64,000 bases of DNA from the NCBI GenBank assembly GCA_013265495.1, contig MU058423.1:8789627-8853626 (forward strand), in the 5' to 3' direction. The stretch comes from Vicugna vicugna. Its lineage: Eukaryota. The position numbers were made by a program, and so were the translations under genes. How positions within the stretch are numbered: the stretch's first letter is position 1; every line of letters begins with the position of its first letter. Of the stretch, positions 37,066 to 49,559 are shown in pieces. The notes beneath the pieces are model-generated. The model saw nothing but the letters and a program-made list of their open reading frames with translations. It did no database searches and was not told the origin of the DNA.

Positions 37066-37379
37066 TGAGGCCAATTTCAACTGTGGCATAAGGAGACTGT
37101 TAAAGCAAAGCAGTGCACAATATTTCATTTGAATCTTCCTTTCAACTTTAAACCAAATGAGTATTCTTCATTCCTTTCAGTGTCGAGTACTGCGTTAGAA
37201 ACCATAAAACATAAAAGAATTTTATAAAATGGATACAGAAAGTTTAAAATTCGGAGACTGCATGTTTAAAGCTGCACAGGTGAACAACGTGTAAACACAC
37301 CCAGATGCATGTGTATGTAAAGCAACATTACATACTGATAAAGCACTAAATATCCTACGTGAATAGGAACAGAGGTTAA

Positions 37380-37700
37380 GAAGTAAAACACTGGGCGGGC
37401 TCGATTTCTTGAGAAAGGCTTCAGAGCGTATACGGGAGATAACATGCTCTCTCATAACATGAGAAGCTGGGGAAGAAGGCAGGCGGGTTCCAAGAAAGGG
37501 CTTTCCAAAGGCCAGGACACGGAGAGGGAACCACACTCAGGGACAAGCAGGGTAAATGAGGCAGCAAGGAACGCTACGGCGAGCAGAGAACACGGGGCCT
37601 GAACGCTCAGCGAAGGAATTCAGGATCAGTGTCCCAGCACTAGGGGATCACTGGCCACTTGTGAACAGGGGAGTAAGACGATGAGACCGGGACCTGCTAC
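37380..37700 (-). mobile_element. L2 remnant
   Basis: 'gagaaaggcttcagagcg...gttccaagaaagggctttccaaaggccagga' resembles the L2 3' region. Confidence 0.45.
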
Positions 37701-37716
37701 CTGGCAGAGCTCTCCA

Positions 37717-37875
37717 GCAGGGCTCGGCAGACTACAGCCTGCGGGCCCAATGCAGCCATCATCTGTTTTTGTAGATAAAGCTTCATGGGAACGTTCATTG
37801 ATATATAGAGAGTAGTCAGGAAACAGAACCAAAACTTGACCATCTGGTCCTTTACAGAAAGAGTTTGTGGCTCTA
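37717..37875. mobile_element. MER58-like hAT element
   Basis: 'cagggctcggcagactacagcctgcgggcccaatgcagcc...tgtttttgtagataaag' and 'atctggtcctttacagaaagagtttg'. Confidence 0.7.
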
Positions 37876-38799
37876 CTTTAAAGTGTGAATTAAGACTGAG
37901 TTAGGAAGATCGTCAGCAAGGCTAACACAACAAAGACGAGAAAGCGGCAGAACAGAGAAGAATGGGGAGATCCCGAGAGATGGTGGATGGCATCGCTGAC
38001 GTAACCTGCCACCTCGCCAGGAGAGCATCCTTGAAAGTGTCTGAAGATCAACATATAAGAGTGAATAACAAAACTTACTATAAGCTACCACTTAATAATA
38101 CTTCTAAAAGTCACAAAAAAGATTTTAATAGGATTGCGTATCTTATTTATGTTTAAATACCCTACAGTCAATACAACAGAAGCTTTTCATAAAAGGCTGT
38201 TCCCATAAGCAAAGATTAATGTAACCCCCAACAACAGAAGTGACAAAAAATTCTTTGTAGCCAACCTGACTATATATATATAATATGTATTTTTTTTCTA
38301 ACAAAGCACATTATTTTGGAACTCCTCATGTAAAAATGTTGTAAAAGAGATGTTTACTAAGGATCAGAATTTTCCTTCAGGTAGTTAAGTTTCCATTAAA
38401 AATATATATATATTATTTTAAAATTCATAATAAACATGTTAGAGCTACAGGTCATATATTATTGTTTAGTAGTTTCTGTATTATTATGTGCACTGAAACA
38501 CAGAATAATTTTTTAGAAGCACAGAAATTCCCCAAGGACTCCTGCTGAGCCAGGGACCGGGGACAGCAGACAGGGCTCAATCTGGTCTCCTGCCTCCAGG
38601 GTTTCTGCTGAGAGCTCCCAGCCTCGTGACTGCCAGGGTTATCTTCATCGAATCAGATGTGATCAAGTCACTCCTGCTGAAAAGATTCCAGTAGCTCACA
38701 CTGCACCTCCCAGTTTGGTTTCAGCTTAATCTTCCAGCCTTGTCTTTAGGTAACCATCTCTGGCTTTAGCTACACTGGAATAGTCATTGCTCTTAAGAC

Positions 38800-39210
38800 A
38801 GTAATAGCGAAATTTATTGAGCATTATCTAAATGTGCTGTGTAAACTACTTCATATGATTTATCTCAATTAATCATCACAATCACCCTATTACAGAGATA
38901 TTATTATCATTACCACATAAGCTTCAAGGCCTCACAGTCCGCACAAACCGCATTCAAAATACACATTCATATGTTTGCATAAAATTTACAAAAATAGTTT
39001 GTACTCTTTATAGGTCTCATCAAATTGTGTAAGTTTCAGGGTGCACAAAACCTAGATCTGCTCCTGATTATTATTATCCTCATCTACTGGGGCTCAGAGA
39101 AGTTAAATAACTTGCCAAAGTACTCACCACAAGGAAGTGGTAGAGATAGGATCTGAACCCAGGTCTCCTTGTCTTTAGAACCTAAGAACTTAACTACAGT
39201 ACTAACACTG
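38800..39210 (-). mobile_element. MIR split by a hAT-type insertion (about 38915-39065)
   Basis: MIR halves end and resume at 'attattat'. The insert ends in 'aagtttcagggtgcacaaaacctagatctgctcctg'. Confidence 0.6.
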
Positions 39211-41615
39211 TACCTCCATTCTTGTGGTCCCCACTGCCTGAAATGTCCATTCTTCCTCTTCCTGTTTTCCTCATTAGACTCCTAACAGGCTCCTATTCAT
39301 CCTCCAAAGCCCAACTAAAATGTTACCCCTTCTTCACAGCTTTTCCTAACTCTTCCTGTGAAAAAATGAGGTTACCTTTTAGATATCCCTCTATTTTAAA
39401 CATCTACCACAGTATATATATATATGACATAATGTAATCAAAAGAATGTGCTTTTTTGGAGTCAAACTGACCCAGGTGCAAATTATGGCTCTGCTTCATA
39501 TTTGCAGTATAATCTAGGGCAAATATTTAAACTCTCAAACCCTCAAATTATTTATCTTTAAAATAGAGCAATAACTCCTATCACATTCATTCATTTAAAC
39601 ACCCAATCATCCATAATATATACCCATTCAAGAAGTACCCAGTGAGTGCCTAGTATATATGCCAGGCACAGAGCACACATCTATGAAAAACAGAGGCACC
39701 GTTCCTGCCCTCACAGAGCTTACAGTCCAGTGGAGGATACAGATAAGCCAGTAGACGATGAAAATGCAGAGTGGGAATCTGAGTATCGCAGTGACCAAGG
39801 CAGAGTGTGCAAGAACTCACGGGGAAAGCATCATGACCTCGCGCGGACTTGCGGGGTCAGGTGAGGACAACGGAGATGAATAGCAAGTCAGTGGTAAGTC
39901 TCTTAAAAATAACACAGAGCAAATATTCAAGACAGCTACCTCAAGTAATTTCAATTTAATAAAATACTTCCACCCCACCCACACCATCATCACACGTCCC
40001 TCATTTCTTAAGCATTTGAAAACTCCTCTGAACGTCAGGGAGGGGAAACTGATTTTTCACAGTAAGTGGGTCAACCAAAACGAAACCTGGTGCATTGCAC
40101 TGGCCAGGAGAAAGTGCAAGACCAAGAGACCAGGCCAGACAAATAAAAATCAACCCTGCTTCTCAGAATTCTGTCGCAGCCATAAGGAGTCCTTAACATT
40201 TGTTCTTGTTTCCTGGGTTAAACCATTTCATGACAGAATGAGGAAATCATTTTCACATTTTTCTGGGGGCTGAACTGCTGCATAAAGTGAGAGAGCAATT
40301 GCGGCTTTCAAGAGAGATGCTAATTGCAGCTTTTAAAATATTAGACTCCCTCTAAACGCCCGGCACCTTCACCCTCTGGGAGTTTCTGGGTCTTTCTTAA
40401 AGGTGCTGGGAGGATATTGCCATACAGACTTCACTGCCTACCCAAGGGTTTAAAAACGTTTTTGAGTAATTTATTCCTAGTTCTTCAAGGGTCGTATGTC
40501 TCCCATCTTCAGAAGCACTGGAAAGAAGGGCCATCTTATTTAGACAAGAAACCCGTAACCATTAGAAAAGCTGCACTGAACTAATAAAGGAAAAAAACTC
40601 TCAGCTTGCTACTTTATTCCACATTTAATGGGAATTACCATCTTAAATTAGACTTTCTGCCAGTGAGCCAGCAGGGGTAGGACTTGGGGCCCCGCCTGTC
40701 ACAGAAGTTGTCTAGGCAAAGATGAAGGGGGGAAAATCGGCTCTAGGACACCAGCTAGTCTCACTTCCTGGGAGGGTGAGAGGGAGGAAAGTGTTGTCCT
40801 GCTGGCAATTCTATTTAGAAACACTCTGCATTACCATAAGATGACCAATTTAAGAAGGAGAAGGGGGAAGAGCAGCAGGTGCAGACACAGAGTATTACTT
40901 TAAATTTAATTATTGGAAAAATCACTCTATTCAGGACAGGAGAGGGATGGGAAAGGGGAGGAGAAGTGAAGAAAAACAACAAATTATGGAATGAAACCAA
41001 AATTAAGTTCTGTAAACATGGCGGGCTAGGGGCTCCAACAATCATCTAAAGAAAGTTCAAAGAGGAAAACTGAGGTCCAGAGCCAGCAGAATGCTATTCT
41101 TGTCAAGCTACCCATGTTTCAGGGATCCAGTTATAAAACAAAACCATTAGCTGTGAAATCTGCAAGATACTCATAGAATTACCTATGTATCCGTATGTGT
41201 AACATTTTTTCTGAAAACAGAATGATCTGTACTCTGGTCTAAAAAAGAGGCTCACCCACAATCAGTATATGAAAATGTTGACTGAATTCAGTTCATGCTG
41301 TGAAGTCTATGACTTCTAAAACCTAGTCGTGAAAATGTAAATACACTTCATTTTCCGTCTAATCCCAGTTACCGGGATTTAAGTTTTACGGATATATGTG
41401 TACCCATAACTTAGTGGGATTAGAGTCGAATTCAGGGGTGGGGTGGGCTGGGTCTGTAATCTATACAGGAAACTAAAATAATGTTGAAGAACATCCTTGG
41501 GAATACAATCACACGGGGAAAATCATGTGTGCCAGAAAGGACTTATGTGGCTAGAATGGGAAAAAAACTTTGAAAGAGGCCTGAGGTAGCAATGGGAGTA
41601 GTAATGAGTGCAACC

Positions 41616-41677
41616 AACACACAGACACACACACACACACACGCACGCACGCACACATACACACGCACACACACACA
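41616..41677. repeat. Compound (CA)n/(CACG)n microsatellite
   Basis: Seen directly. Confidence 0.9.
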
Positions 41678-42393
41678 TGCTGCATCCTCACATTAGAAAA
41701 GTGCTTTCTAAACTGCTAAGGAAAGCGGGGCCCCTTAGCTGTTACCTAGATTAACAAGGTTTTACCCTAATAGGGATTATTTCTTTAAAAGGGGGCTTAG
41801 TAACCAAAATAAAGGGCTCACATGTTTGGAGATCTTCCATCCTGTCTCTAGGAGAGTGACAGCTAATTTTAAACATCTTGTTACCCTACCTTCTCCTCCT
41901 CTACATCCTGGGTACCTACTTACAAGCCTGCCTTATAAGCACCTTCTGTTTGCCATGTAATTAATTCTGGGTCAGTTCCCTGCAGGAGGTGACACAGTCA
42001 AGGGCCTGGTGCTTTTCTGAGAAGACACGATCCACTCAGCACCTTCCACATGTAAATGCTCCAAACTCATCCTCTGGCATCTGATGTGGAAGAAGCCAGG
42101 GTACCACTCCAACCAAAGCAGAGGCCGGCTCTCCTATGCCTCAGCCCCTGACTTTGCACTCGATACTCAGAGAGATTTGAAAATTTAACTGAAAAGTAGC
42201 TTAAGTCAATAGTGTCCATGAGGAAGGGAAATGACAGCTGTTTCCCTTCTCAGAGAAATCACTTTAAAAGGAGCAGGAAGAGAAGAAAAAGAAGGAAGGA
42301 AGAAAACTGGGTTGAAACTTGGCATTTACTTGAAGAGGAGCCAGCAGAATGCACATGCAGAGACAGTCTCCCAGCACAGAGGGAAGGCATCGG

Positions 42394-42510
42394 TCAGAAG
42401 GCTTCCTTGGAGCTATTGAATTTCTTGGGTGGCAGCCTCGGAGGGGAAGGCAAGGCACCAAAGTTGCATTCAGGGTTCTCAGGGCCAAGAGCTGGTGTCT
42501 GCGAACTTAC
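42394..42510 (-). CDS. CDC14A: CDC14A alternative C-terminus by read-through of the exon donor (38 aa)
   Basis: In-frame [38 protein letters not shown] closely matches the human long-isoform tail I recall ([38 protein letters not shown]). Confidence 0.85.
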   Translation of the reverse strand, partial: VSSQTPALGPENPECNFGALPSPPRLPPKKFNSSKEAF

Positions 42511-42844
42511 GGGGATGGAGCGGCTCAGGAATCTCGCTGAGGAAGAGGAGAGGCCGGTGTAGGAGGGCCGGAGGGCGGTGCTGGGCTCCTCCGTCTTGGC
42601 GCACTGGGGGCTCGGCTGACTGTTCAGGGGGTTCCCAGTGCTGCTGGTGCTTCTGCTGGACTGGTTGTTGTTGAGCTCAGGGTCATTCCTGGCAGGCGGC
42701 TGGGGGCTGCCATTCAGGAGGCTGGTGAACGGGTTGGCTATGAAACCCACCCTCAAGGGTGAGGCAGCCTTTTTGTTCTCTGGGTCATCTGCTGCATTGT
42801 TCAAGTTCCCGAGGGAACTGGCTAGCCGGGAGTTTATGGAAAAG
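42511..42844 (-). CDS. CDC14A: CDC14A coding exon, 334 nt (human exon 15 equivalent)
   Basis: ttttcatccag|C TTT TCC ATA AAC encodes [16 protein letters not shown]...[20 protein letters not shown], then donor GTAAGT. Confidence 0.97.
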
Positions 42845-43564
42845 CTGGATGAAAAACACAGATGAGGGGGTAAAACAGAGACGACCGTGTATACTCACGC
42901 CGAGGTCACAGTTCTAAAACACATCATTCAACGCTGGGGGAATGCGATGAAGACAGTCTGGCTGGTGCTGATGGTGACACAAGGGCTTCCTTACCGCTCT
43001 TGGTGATATTCTAATATGTGGCCTTTAGTTATACGTGTTAACTCCCCCTGTCAAAAGGAGTCAGCTAAGACCCGAGAAGCGGGCTAAAACGCTTTGACCA
43101 GAGATCGTGAAACAGACCATGTGGGGGTCCTATTTGTCCTGAGGCAGGAAGGAAATGAAAAGGACTCTATAAAGAGAGAGTACAAAGCAGGCTTAAGGAC
43201 AAGATTTAACCTCTTTATAGTTGATCATATGACCACAGCAAGTGCCCCTACGCACTTCAGTTCTGCCCATTCACCTCGGGGGAGAAATGACAGTATCGCG
43301 TGTTACTAGTACGTGCAACTGGACTCCGTTTTCTGGATCACGTTAGGCAAGCTGTGGAAAGGGACGTTACATGGCATCCACTCCGTGGCCGTGTCCCCGA
43401 CAATTCAAGACAGGAACAGAAGACTGGAGGGCCACCAAGCCTTTCATGGTCTCTCCCCTTCCTCCCGGTCCCCTCCTCTCACAAACTTCACCGAACTCCT
43501 TGTCTGCTGCCACCTTCCCCCCTACCCCGCCACCGCAGGGGCCCCAGAAGGACAGAAGAATTAC

Positions 43565-43687
43565 CTTCTTACACTGGCGCCGGAGGACAAGGAACCTCTG
43601 TTTATCCTCTTGGCCGTCACTGATGGGGACAAAGCCACTTTTGAGGTCTTCAAAGTAGATGCAGATCCTTGTGGGGAAGAACTCAAT
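43565..43687 (-). CDS. CDC14A: CDC14A coding exon, 123 nt (exon 14 equivalent)
   Basis: tttctccacaaag|A, then [40 protein letters not shown], then AG|GTAATT. Phase 2 at both ends. Confidence 0.96.
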
Positions 43688-43809
43688 CTTTGTGGAGAAA
43701 AAACGGGCAGAGCGTCACACAGAAGCTGTGCTATCTTAACACGCAGTCAGGTGACTAGGACAGGAGAAACTGATCAACACTAAAGAGATCATGGCAGGTC
43801 CCAGTAATG

Positions 43810-44040
43810 GTGACTCTGGCAGCAGCCAACACTGCTGCAGCCCTCGCTCTGCGCTGGGCGCTCCTCTAAGAACCTTGCAGACGTTAAAGCCGCTCATCCT
43901 CACAACAACCCAGTGCCTGGCGAGGGGAGGAAGCGGAGGCACAGAGGAAAAGCTCCTCGTCCAAAGCACTGAGCCAGCAAGTGGCAGAGCCGGGTTCCAA
44001 ACCCAGGATCCAAAGTCCTGCTGGTAACCACGATCCTGCC
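43810..44040 (-). mobile_element. MIR
   Basis: 'catcctcacaacaaccc...gaggaagcggaggcacagag...agtggcagagccgggttccaaacccagg'. Confidence 0.65.
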
Positions 44041-44079
44041 ACCCTTGGTCACTTCCCTTCCCTTCCTTGCCACTGGCAT

Positions 44080-44800
44080 TCATGCCTCCCAAGACCCTAG
44101 ATTCTATTTCTTTATATTTTAAATCTATCCTCTCCTTCCCACCCTGAGACTGCCCTAGGTAAGGCCATCACTGCTTCTCATCCTTGACTCTTAGAAGCAC
44201 CTTTTAATCTTCTTTAAAACGCACATTCTGAGTAGCCTCCAGCAAAATCCAAAATATCTAATCATGTCACGTTACTGTTAAACCATTTCATCTTTCCTCG
44301 GTGCCGAGAAAGACTAAACTTCTTCACTTGGCTTCTAAGGCCCTCCAAAATCTGGCATTTGCCTCTCTGAGCAGGCCCAGCTCACCACACTTTCCCATTG
44401 GACACTTCTACCCCAGCCACGCAAGATGCCCTGAGTTCCCTGAGTGGATGGCACCCACACCTCTGTCCAGGATTCATCTGCTACCTTTCCTGCCAAGGCA
44501 TCTTCTCTCCTTACTTCCCCCTCCTCCTTTCTCTTCCACCTTCATCTGACTCCCTCCGACTGCTTATCCTTTGATGGTCCAATCAGCAGCTACCTCTTAG
44601 GGCTGAATCCCAGGCAGGGTGAGCATCCCATCATACGTTCTTATAGCAAATCATAGCTCTTCCCCCACACGTCATTGTCTGGTATTCGTCTTGATATAAG
44701 CTCCATCAGGAGCAAAGACTTGCCTCTCATTTCAATGCCCAGTGACTGGCACAGGCCAGACTCAGAGCAGGTATTCAATAAATGTTTGCTGAGTGAACAG
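44080..44800 (+). mobile_element. L2 3' region
   Basis: Pyrimidine-rich body ending in the L2 terminus 'gcaggtattcaataaatgtttgctgagtgaa'. Confidence 0.7.
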
Positions 44801-45346
44801 GAAGGGAAAACTGACTCCAATCTGGACAGAGCCAGGGTCCAGGCCTGGCTTTAATATTGTATCTGCTTTGTTCTGGACAAATCGCTGAATGTAGCTGGAC
44901 CTTGTTTTCCCTCCAAACAGCAGCTTGTAACATGGTTTGCCTCTAAAATAAGAATGGGAAAAGTTGGCCAAGGAAGCAGCTCAAAGCTTCTAGAGAAGTC
45001 TGGGCCCTCTCAGAACTGCCCCCACAAAACAACCCTAAAAGCTAGGGCTGCATAAGAGCAGAGGGGAGGGGTGAATCTGCTTCCTCCCCGCTCCGCGGAT
45101 GGCAGGTGTGGTCAGACACTCCTACTGCCCTCACCGAGCCCTGGGCCGGACAGACCCTGAGACGCTGGCAGCCAGAGACCGCCAGGGAGCGTTCAGGGCA
45201 CGTTTGTCCAGGGAAAAACACTAATGCTTCCTCCTCCAGCAGAGAAGAGGTAAGGAAATAAAACTAATGCAAAAGTAGGAGGAAAGAAGACTAACAGACA
45301 TGTTAAAAAAATTCAAAGTGCAACCTATCACTGGCTTGAGAGGCAT

Positions 45347-45505
45347 TTTTTTTGTTATTGTTTTTGTTAATATTTTATTCATTATTGTACTATTTTAATT
45401 GTTTTATTTTGGGGGGAGGAGGTAACTAGGAGTTACTGGGGGTTGAACCTAGGACCTCGTGCACGCTAAGCATGCGCTCTACTACGTGAGCTATAACCTC
45501 CCTCC
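45347..45505 (-). mobile_element. Camelid-type tRNA-derived SINE
   Basis: Same head and tail as the other copies. TSD TTGA(G/A)AGGCAT at 45336-45346 and 45506-45516. Confidence 0.88.
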
Positions 45506-45807
45506 TTGAAAGGCATGTTGCAGAGCAACTGTAGCTGATTAGAGACCCCACAATGCTCTAGGCACACAGTGTACACTGGCATCATGCCCACTGCCACACA
45601 GCCCTGTGGGCACCTCAGGAAAACAAAACTTCTTCATGATGGGCATTCAAAATAAAGCATATTTTAACCATCTGAAACAGCAAGGAAGGAATTTTAAGAG
45701 TGAAAAGCTGTGTGCAGTTTATTCCCTTGGATTGCAGGGTTGGGAAATGCATCTAATAGGTAGCATTCATTTATAAGCTACAGGAAACTCAACCTCGCCG
45801 ACAGTAC

Positions 45808-45855
45808 CTGGAAGGCTGGGACACTGCTCTTGGATGCCCTTTCATATCCTCCAAC
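45808..45855 (-). CDS. CDC14A: CDC14A coding exon, 48 nt (exon 13 equivalent)
   Basis: atttccatag|G, then LEDMKGHPRAVSQPS, then AG|GTACTG. Human equivalent recalled as SDDTKGHPRAVSQPFR. Confidence 0.93.
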
Positions 45856-47634
45856 CTATGGAAATCAAAGACAAATGATCACACGTCACCAGGGTCACAC
45901 ACTTAGGCAAAGACGTATCATCTGGAGACAGTGGGTAAAAGGGGAAAACCTTGCAAACGGGTATTAGTATTTATTCACTTTATGAAATAAATCCTAGAAC
46001 CAGCAAGAAATCTATTTCAGTCATTTTGTTTCATCTTGAATTTCATTGACAGCAAATTGCTTTTCAAGCAGAGGGCGGCATTGCTACTCAGGGTAAAGCA
46101 TGTTTGATGATGACGCCATGATGCTGTTAAGAAAAACTAAGTCCCCCAAAAACGAAAAAATTTCTGAGGATAAAAAGAAAAAGGAAAGAAAAACATGAGC
46201 CTTCTAAAGTTTGTATCACAAAGATTCTCTCGTTTCTTTTGCCTTTTTATTTGCCAAGTTATACTCCAACTTATCCCTTCCTCCCCCTTATGATTTCTTC
46301 AAAATCACAGATAAATCTGTCTGAAATTAATTTTAATCAATATAAAGCAATTTAGAGTTTCAAGGGAAAATGGTGAATAAAAAAGACTGGTAAAGTAAAC
46401 CGATCTTGAAGAAGCTTCCACTGACTTAATACATACAGTGAAAAGAGCATGGACTTTGAACAGCACGGGCTTTGAATATCAGCTAGGGAGTGAGTCAACC
46501 TCTCTAGCATCAAGCAACCAACTCAAACATGGTTAATGGTGCTTACATTTGTGCAAACCCAGCTAACCCTCACGTCTAAACCAGGCACCTAACACGGCTC
46601 CTGGCCCATCGCAGCTGCTCAATAAATGGTACATTTCCTCTATCTCCTAGTGGTAGCTGGTGATTATTATTAACTACCAGGCTTCCTAGCCCATCTTCCC
46701 ACCTTATTATAGAAAATAGTGACCTCAACTTTGAGCTGTATGAACCTTCATTTTTCAGGGCAAGAAACCAGTACTCAAAGCATAGGTAATGGTATGACCA
46801 GACCCAATCTGACTTCAGTGTTTGTAATCCTCCCAGATAACACGTGGAAACTAAGTTCCACGTGAGTATGTGTTTGATGTGTAACATACTAGCAAAACGT
46901 CCCTCTTGCTATGCATTTTCCCTCGCTTAAAAGTCAAAGGAAAGTGGCCATTTCCCGTTATATTCATTTGTGGACTTGCCACCCCTTATATTCCAATAGA
47001 GAATGTTGATGTTTATAGATTTTTGTACCTACATTGATTCTGAAGGCTTTTCTTTTAAACCTAAGCTGAATTATCAGAAGATTTCAAAGGCTGCAGTCAG
47101 AAGTTAAGTCCCATCAGGTGATTCTGATGAGTAATTTCAGACCTACAAACCAAGATGGTTCCCAGGCATGGATAAGAACTGCTTATTTAATTCTCAAAAA
47201 TAGGAAGTAAGGCTAAGGAGTTAGGGCATACCACAGCTTGGAATACAATACGTTTCCGCATACTTTAAACACAAAAGCCTCGGCACATCTGCGAACATTC
47301 ATCACAAGACAGGAAACCCACCCACAGGAGAAGAGCGGTATGCCACTCTCAGAATTCCAGTGGGAATGTGAACAACGTCCCAGAGACAACCAACTGCTTA
47401 GCTGTTTAAGGCGGAATCCCAGAGATTAAGATGCAGCATTTGTTTTCAATTCGCTTCTAAAATTTAGCTACTCCCCACGGGGATAAAATAATAAATAAAT
47501 AACACAAAATAGTAATAAACCATAAAATGAGAGGAGGACATGGTACTTACAGAATGATATTCAAGAGAGAGGCTTAGATATTGTAGTCACAAGTGGCGGT
47601 ACAAAATAAATTTAAAAGTTTAAAACAGACCTAC

Positions 47635-47750
47635 CTAAATGCACAGGATGGCGAGGAGCGTGGCTGTCTCTGACTTTTTAAGGCACGGAGTTTGTCTCCC
47701 TGGGTTATGTTATTTTTCATTTCCACATCTTCATCCTCTTCTAAATTATT
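47635..47750 (-). CDS. CDC14A: CDC14A coding exon, 116 nt (exon 12 equivalent)
   Basis: ttttttccag|, then [38 protein letters not shown], then AG|GTAGGT. Contains the Cdc14-family [10 protein letters not shown] motif. Confidence 0.97.
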
Positions 47751-47917
47751 CTGGAAAAAATGCATGTTCCACAGAAAGGTTATTATGAATAATTCTGCTT
47801 TAGATAGAGTTCCTTAATAGCTTATGAATTATTATTATATATTTTATATAGATTATCTTAAATAGCTTTAATGCACCATGAATTCAGCATTGGCCACATA
47901 CATACTAAAGAAAGCTG

Positions 47918-47991
47918 GACTAATCACCAATTAAATATACCGACCAAATTCCAAGACTAATCACCAATTAAATATACCGACCAAATTCCAA
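47918..47991. repeat. Perfect 37-bp tandem duplication
   Basis: GACTAATCACCAATTAAATATACCGACCAAATTCCAA occurs twice in a row. Confidence 0.95.
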
Positions 47992-49559
47992 GTCAAAGCA
48001 GCCTGGGTGTGGGTGTGGTGGGACTTAAAAGGAGCTTTGTTCCAATGGCCCACAACCTCAGGGACTCTCCCGCAGACATAATCATGCTTTGGAATACAGC
48101 TTAGACGCAAGCTGGCTCGAGAGATACAGCACAGATACATTTTCAGAAACGACCAGGATCCATCACTGCAACTTTCATAACTTGTTTACAAAAGTGAAAG
48201 ACAGAAGAGTTTAGGATATCTACACAGTAACTTATTATTGGACACTTGTTAATAAAGCACTCGAACTTTTCGAAAAGGAGTTAAAACTCACTAGATTGGG
48301 AAAGTGTGTTTCCTGCTGAAATAAGTCTTACAGCTGAAAAAAATATGGAAGTAGCACACTAGGTCTTTCTGCTTGCCAGCTCACAATTAATTCTCACAAC
48401 CCAGAGAGCGGCAGTGGGGAGAGCACTGTTACCCTTTGTTTAAAGATGAAAAAAAGAGGTGTTTGTGGAAGTTAAGAATATTGCTAAGCTCCCCTAAACT
48501 CTTCACAACAGAGTTATGATTTTAAAATCAGATTTCTTGTCCTCAGATCCAATGTTCTTTCTAAAATATATACCACAGCATACTAACATTGCACCATAAA
48601 GATTGTATTTTGCCTGTTTCCTCACCTGAAAAAAAAAAATTCAAAAGCTTTGAGTTTGCTAAGATCATTTCTAGCCATAAGAGTCTCCTCTCCTCTTTAA
48701 AGCTAGAATTCTTCTTTGATGAAGAATGTACAAAAATATACTTCCCTCAGTCACATTCTAGTCATTTCTGACAGCCACTCCTGGATCAAAACACCTTTTT
48801 TCCTCCTGCTTTTTCACCCATGTTGGGATCCATGGATACATCTGGGGCTCAGCAGGCATGTCCTGGGTAAAAAGACCACACCTCTCTACTACAGCTCTGA
48901 GTTTAAAAAAGAAAAACACACATACAAAGTATTCAGCCAGTGGGAAAGAAGAAGAAATGAAGATGAAAGCTTCCTAGGGGAGCCATCCCTTAGCTGAGTC
49001 TTAAAGAATGAGTACAAGTGATCAAGCCAAGCCAAGATCACAGGGTGGGTCATCCTGGCAAAGAACACCAGTTCAACAGTCACAGGATCCTGGAACCTCA
49101 GAGTCAGAAGGCTCTCTTAGAGTCATCTAAAGGCGCCCATCCATAAAGTCCCAAGGAACCATCTATATTATTCATCTTTGTTCATACAACCCAGTGGGGG
49201 TAAACCTATCACCACCCGAGGAAGTCTGCAGGAATAGAAGCTGGGCAGCCCTGAAGGCGAGGCTTGCAAGCAGGCTGGTACACCTGAGAAGCTGAGCTTA
49301 GCATCGCCCAGCATGCAGTGTAGCGGGCTGTCACCAGTCACTTGTGCCTGATGGAAGGACCAGCACATCACCAGAGTCTCCAGAACATGAGGTGGGATCA
49401 AGAAGTGTATTAACCTTCATAAGATAGGCAAGGAAAGCTTCTTGAAGGACCTGACGTGGTCCCCACCCCATCAGTTTCACTGTCCAATGGGGGCCTTTGT
49501 GGGAAAATCCAGGAGATCTTGTTTGTCCATTCAACTAGAAGGATCTTGTGTTCCCTGCT

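Noticed and set aside
43300..43783. Plus-strand ORFs of 95-156 aa
   Set aside because: They are antisense shadows overlapping a real CDC14A exon and have no independent support.
47918..47991. 37-bp direct repeat of CRISPR-repeat size
   Set aside because: There are only two adjacent copies, no spacer and no cas genes, in a mammalian intron.
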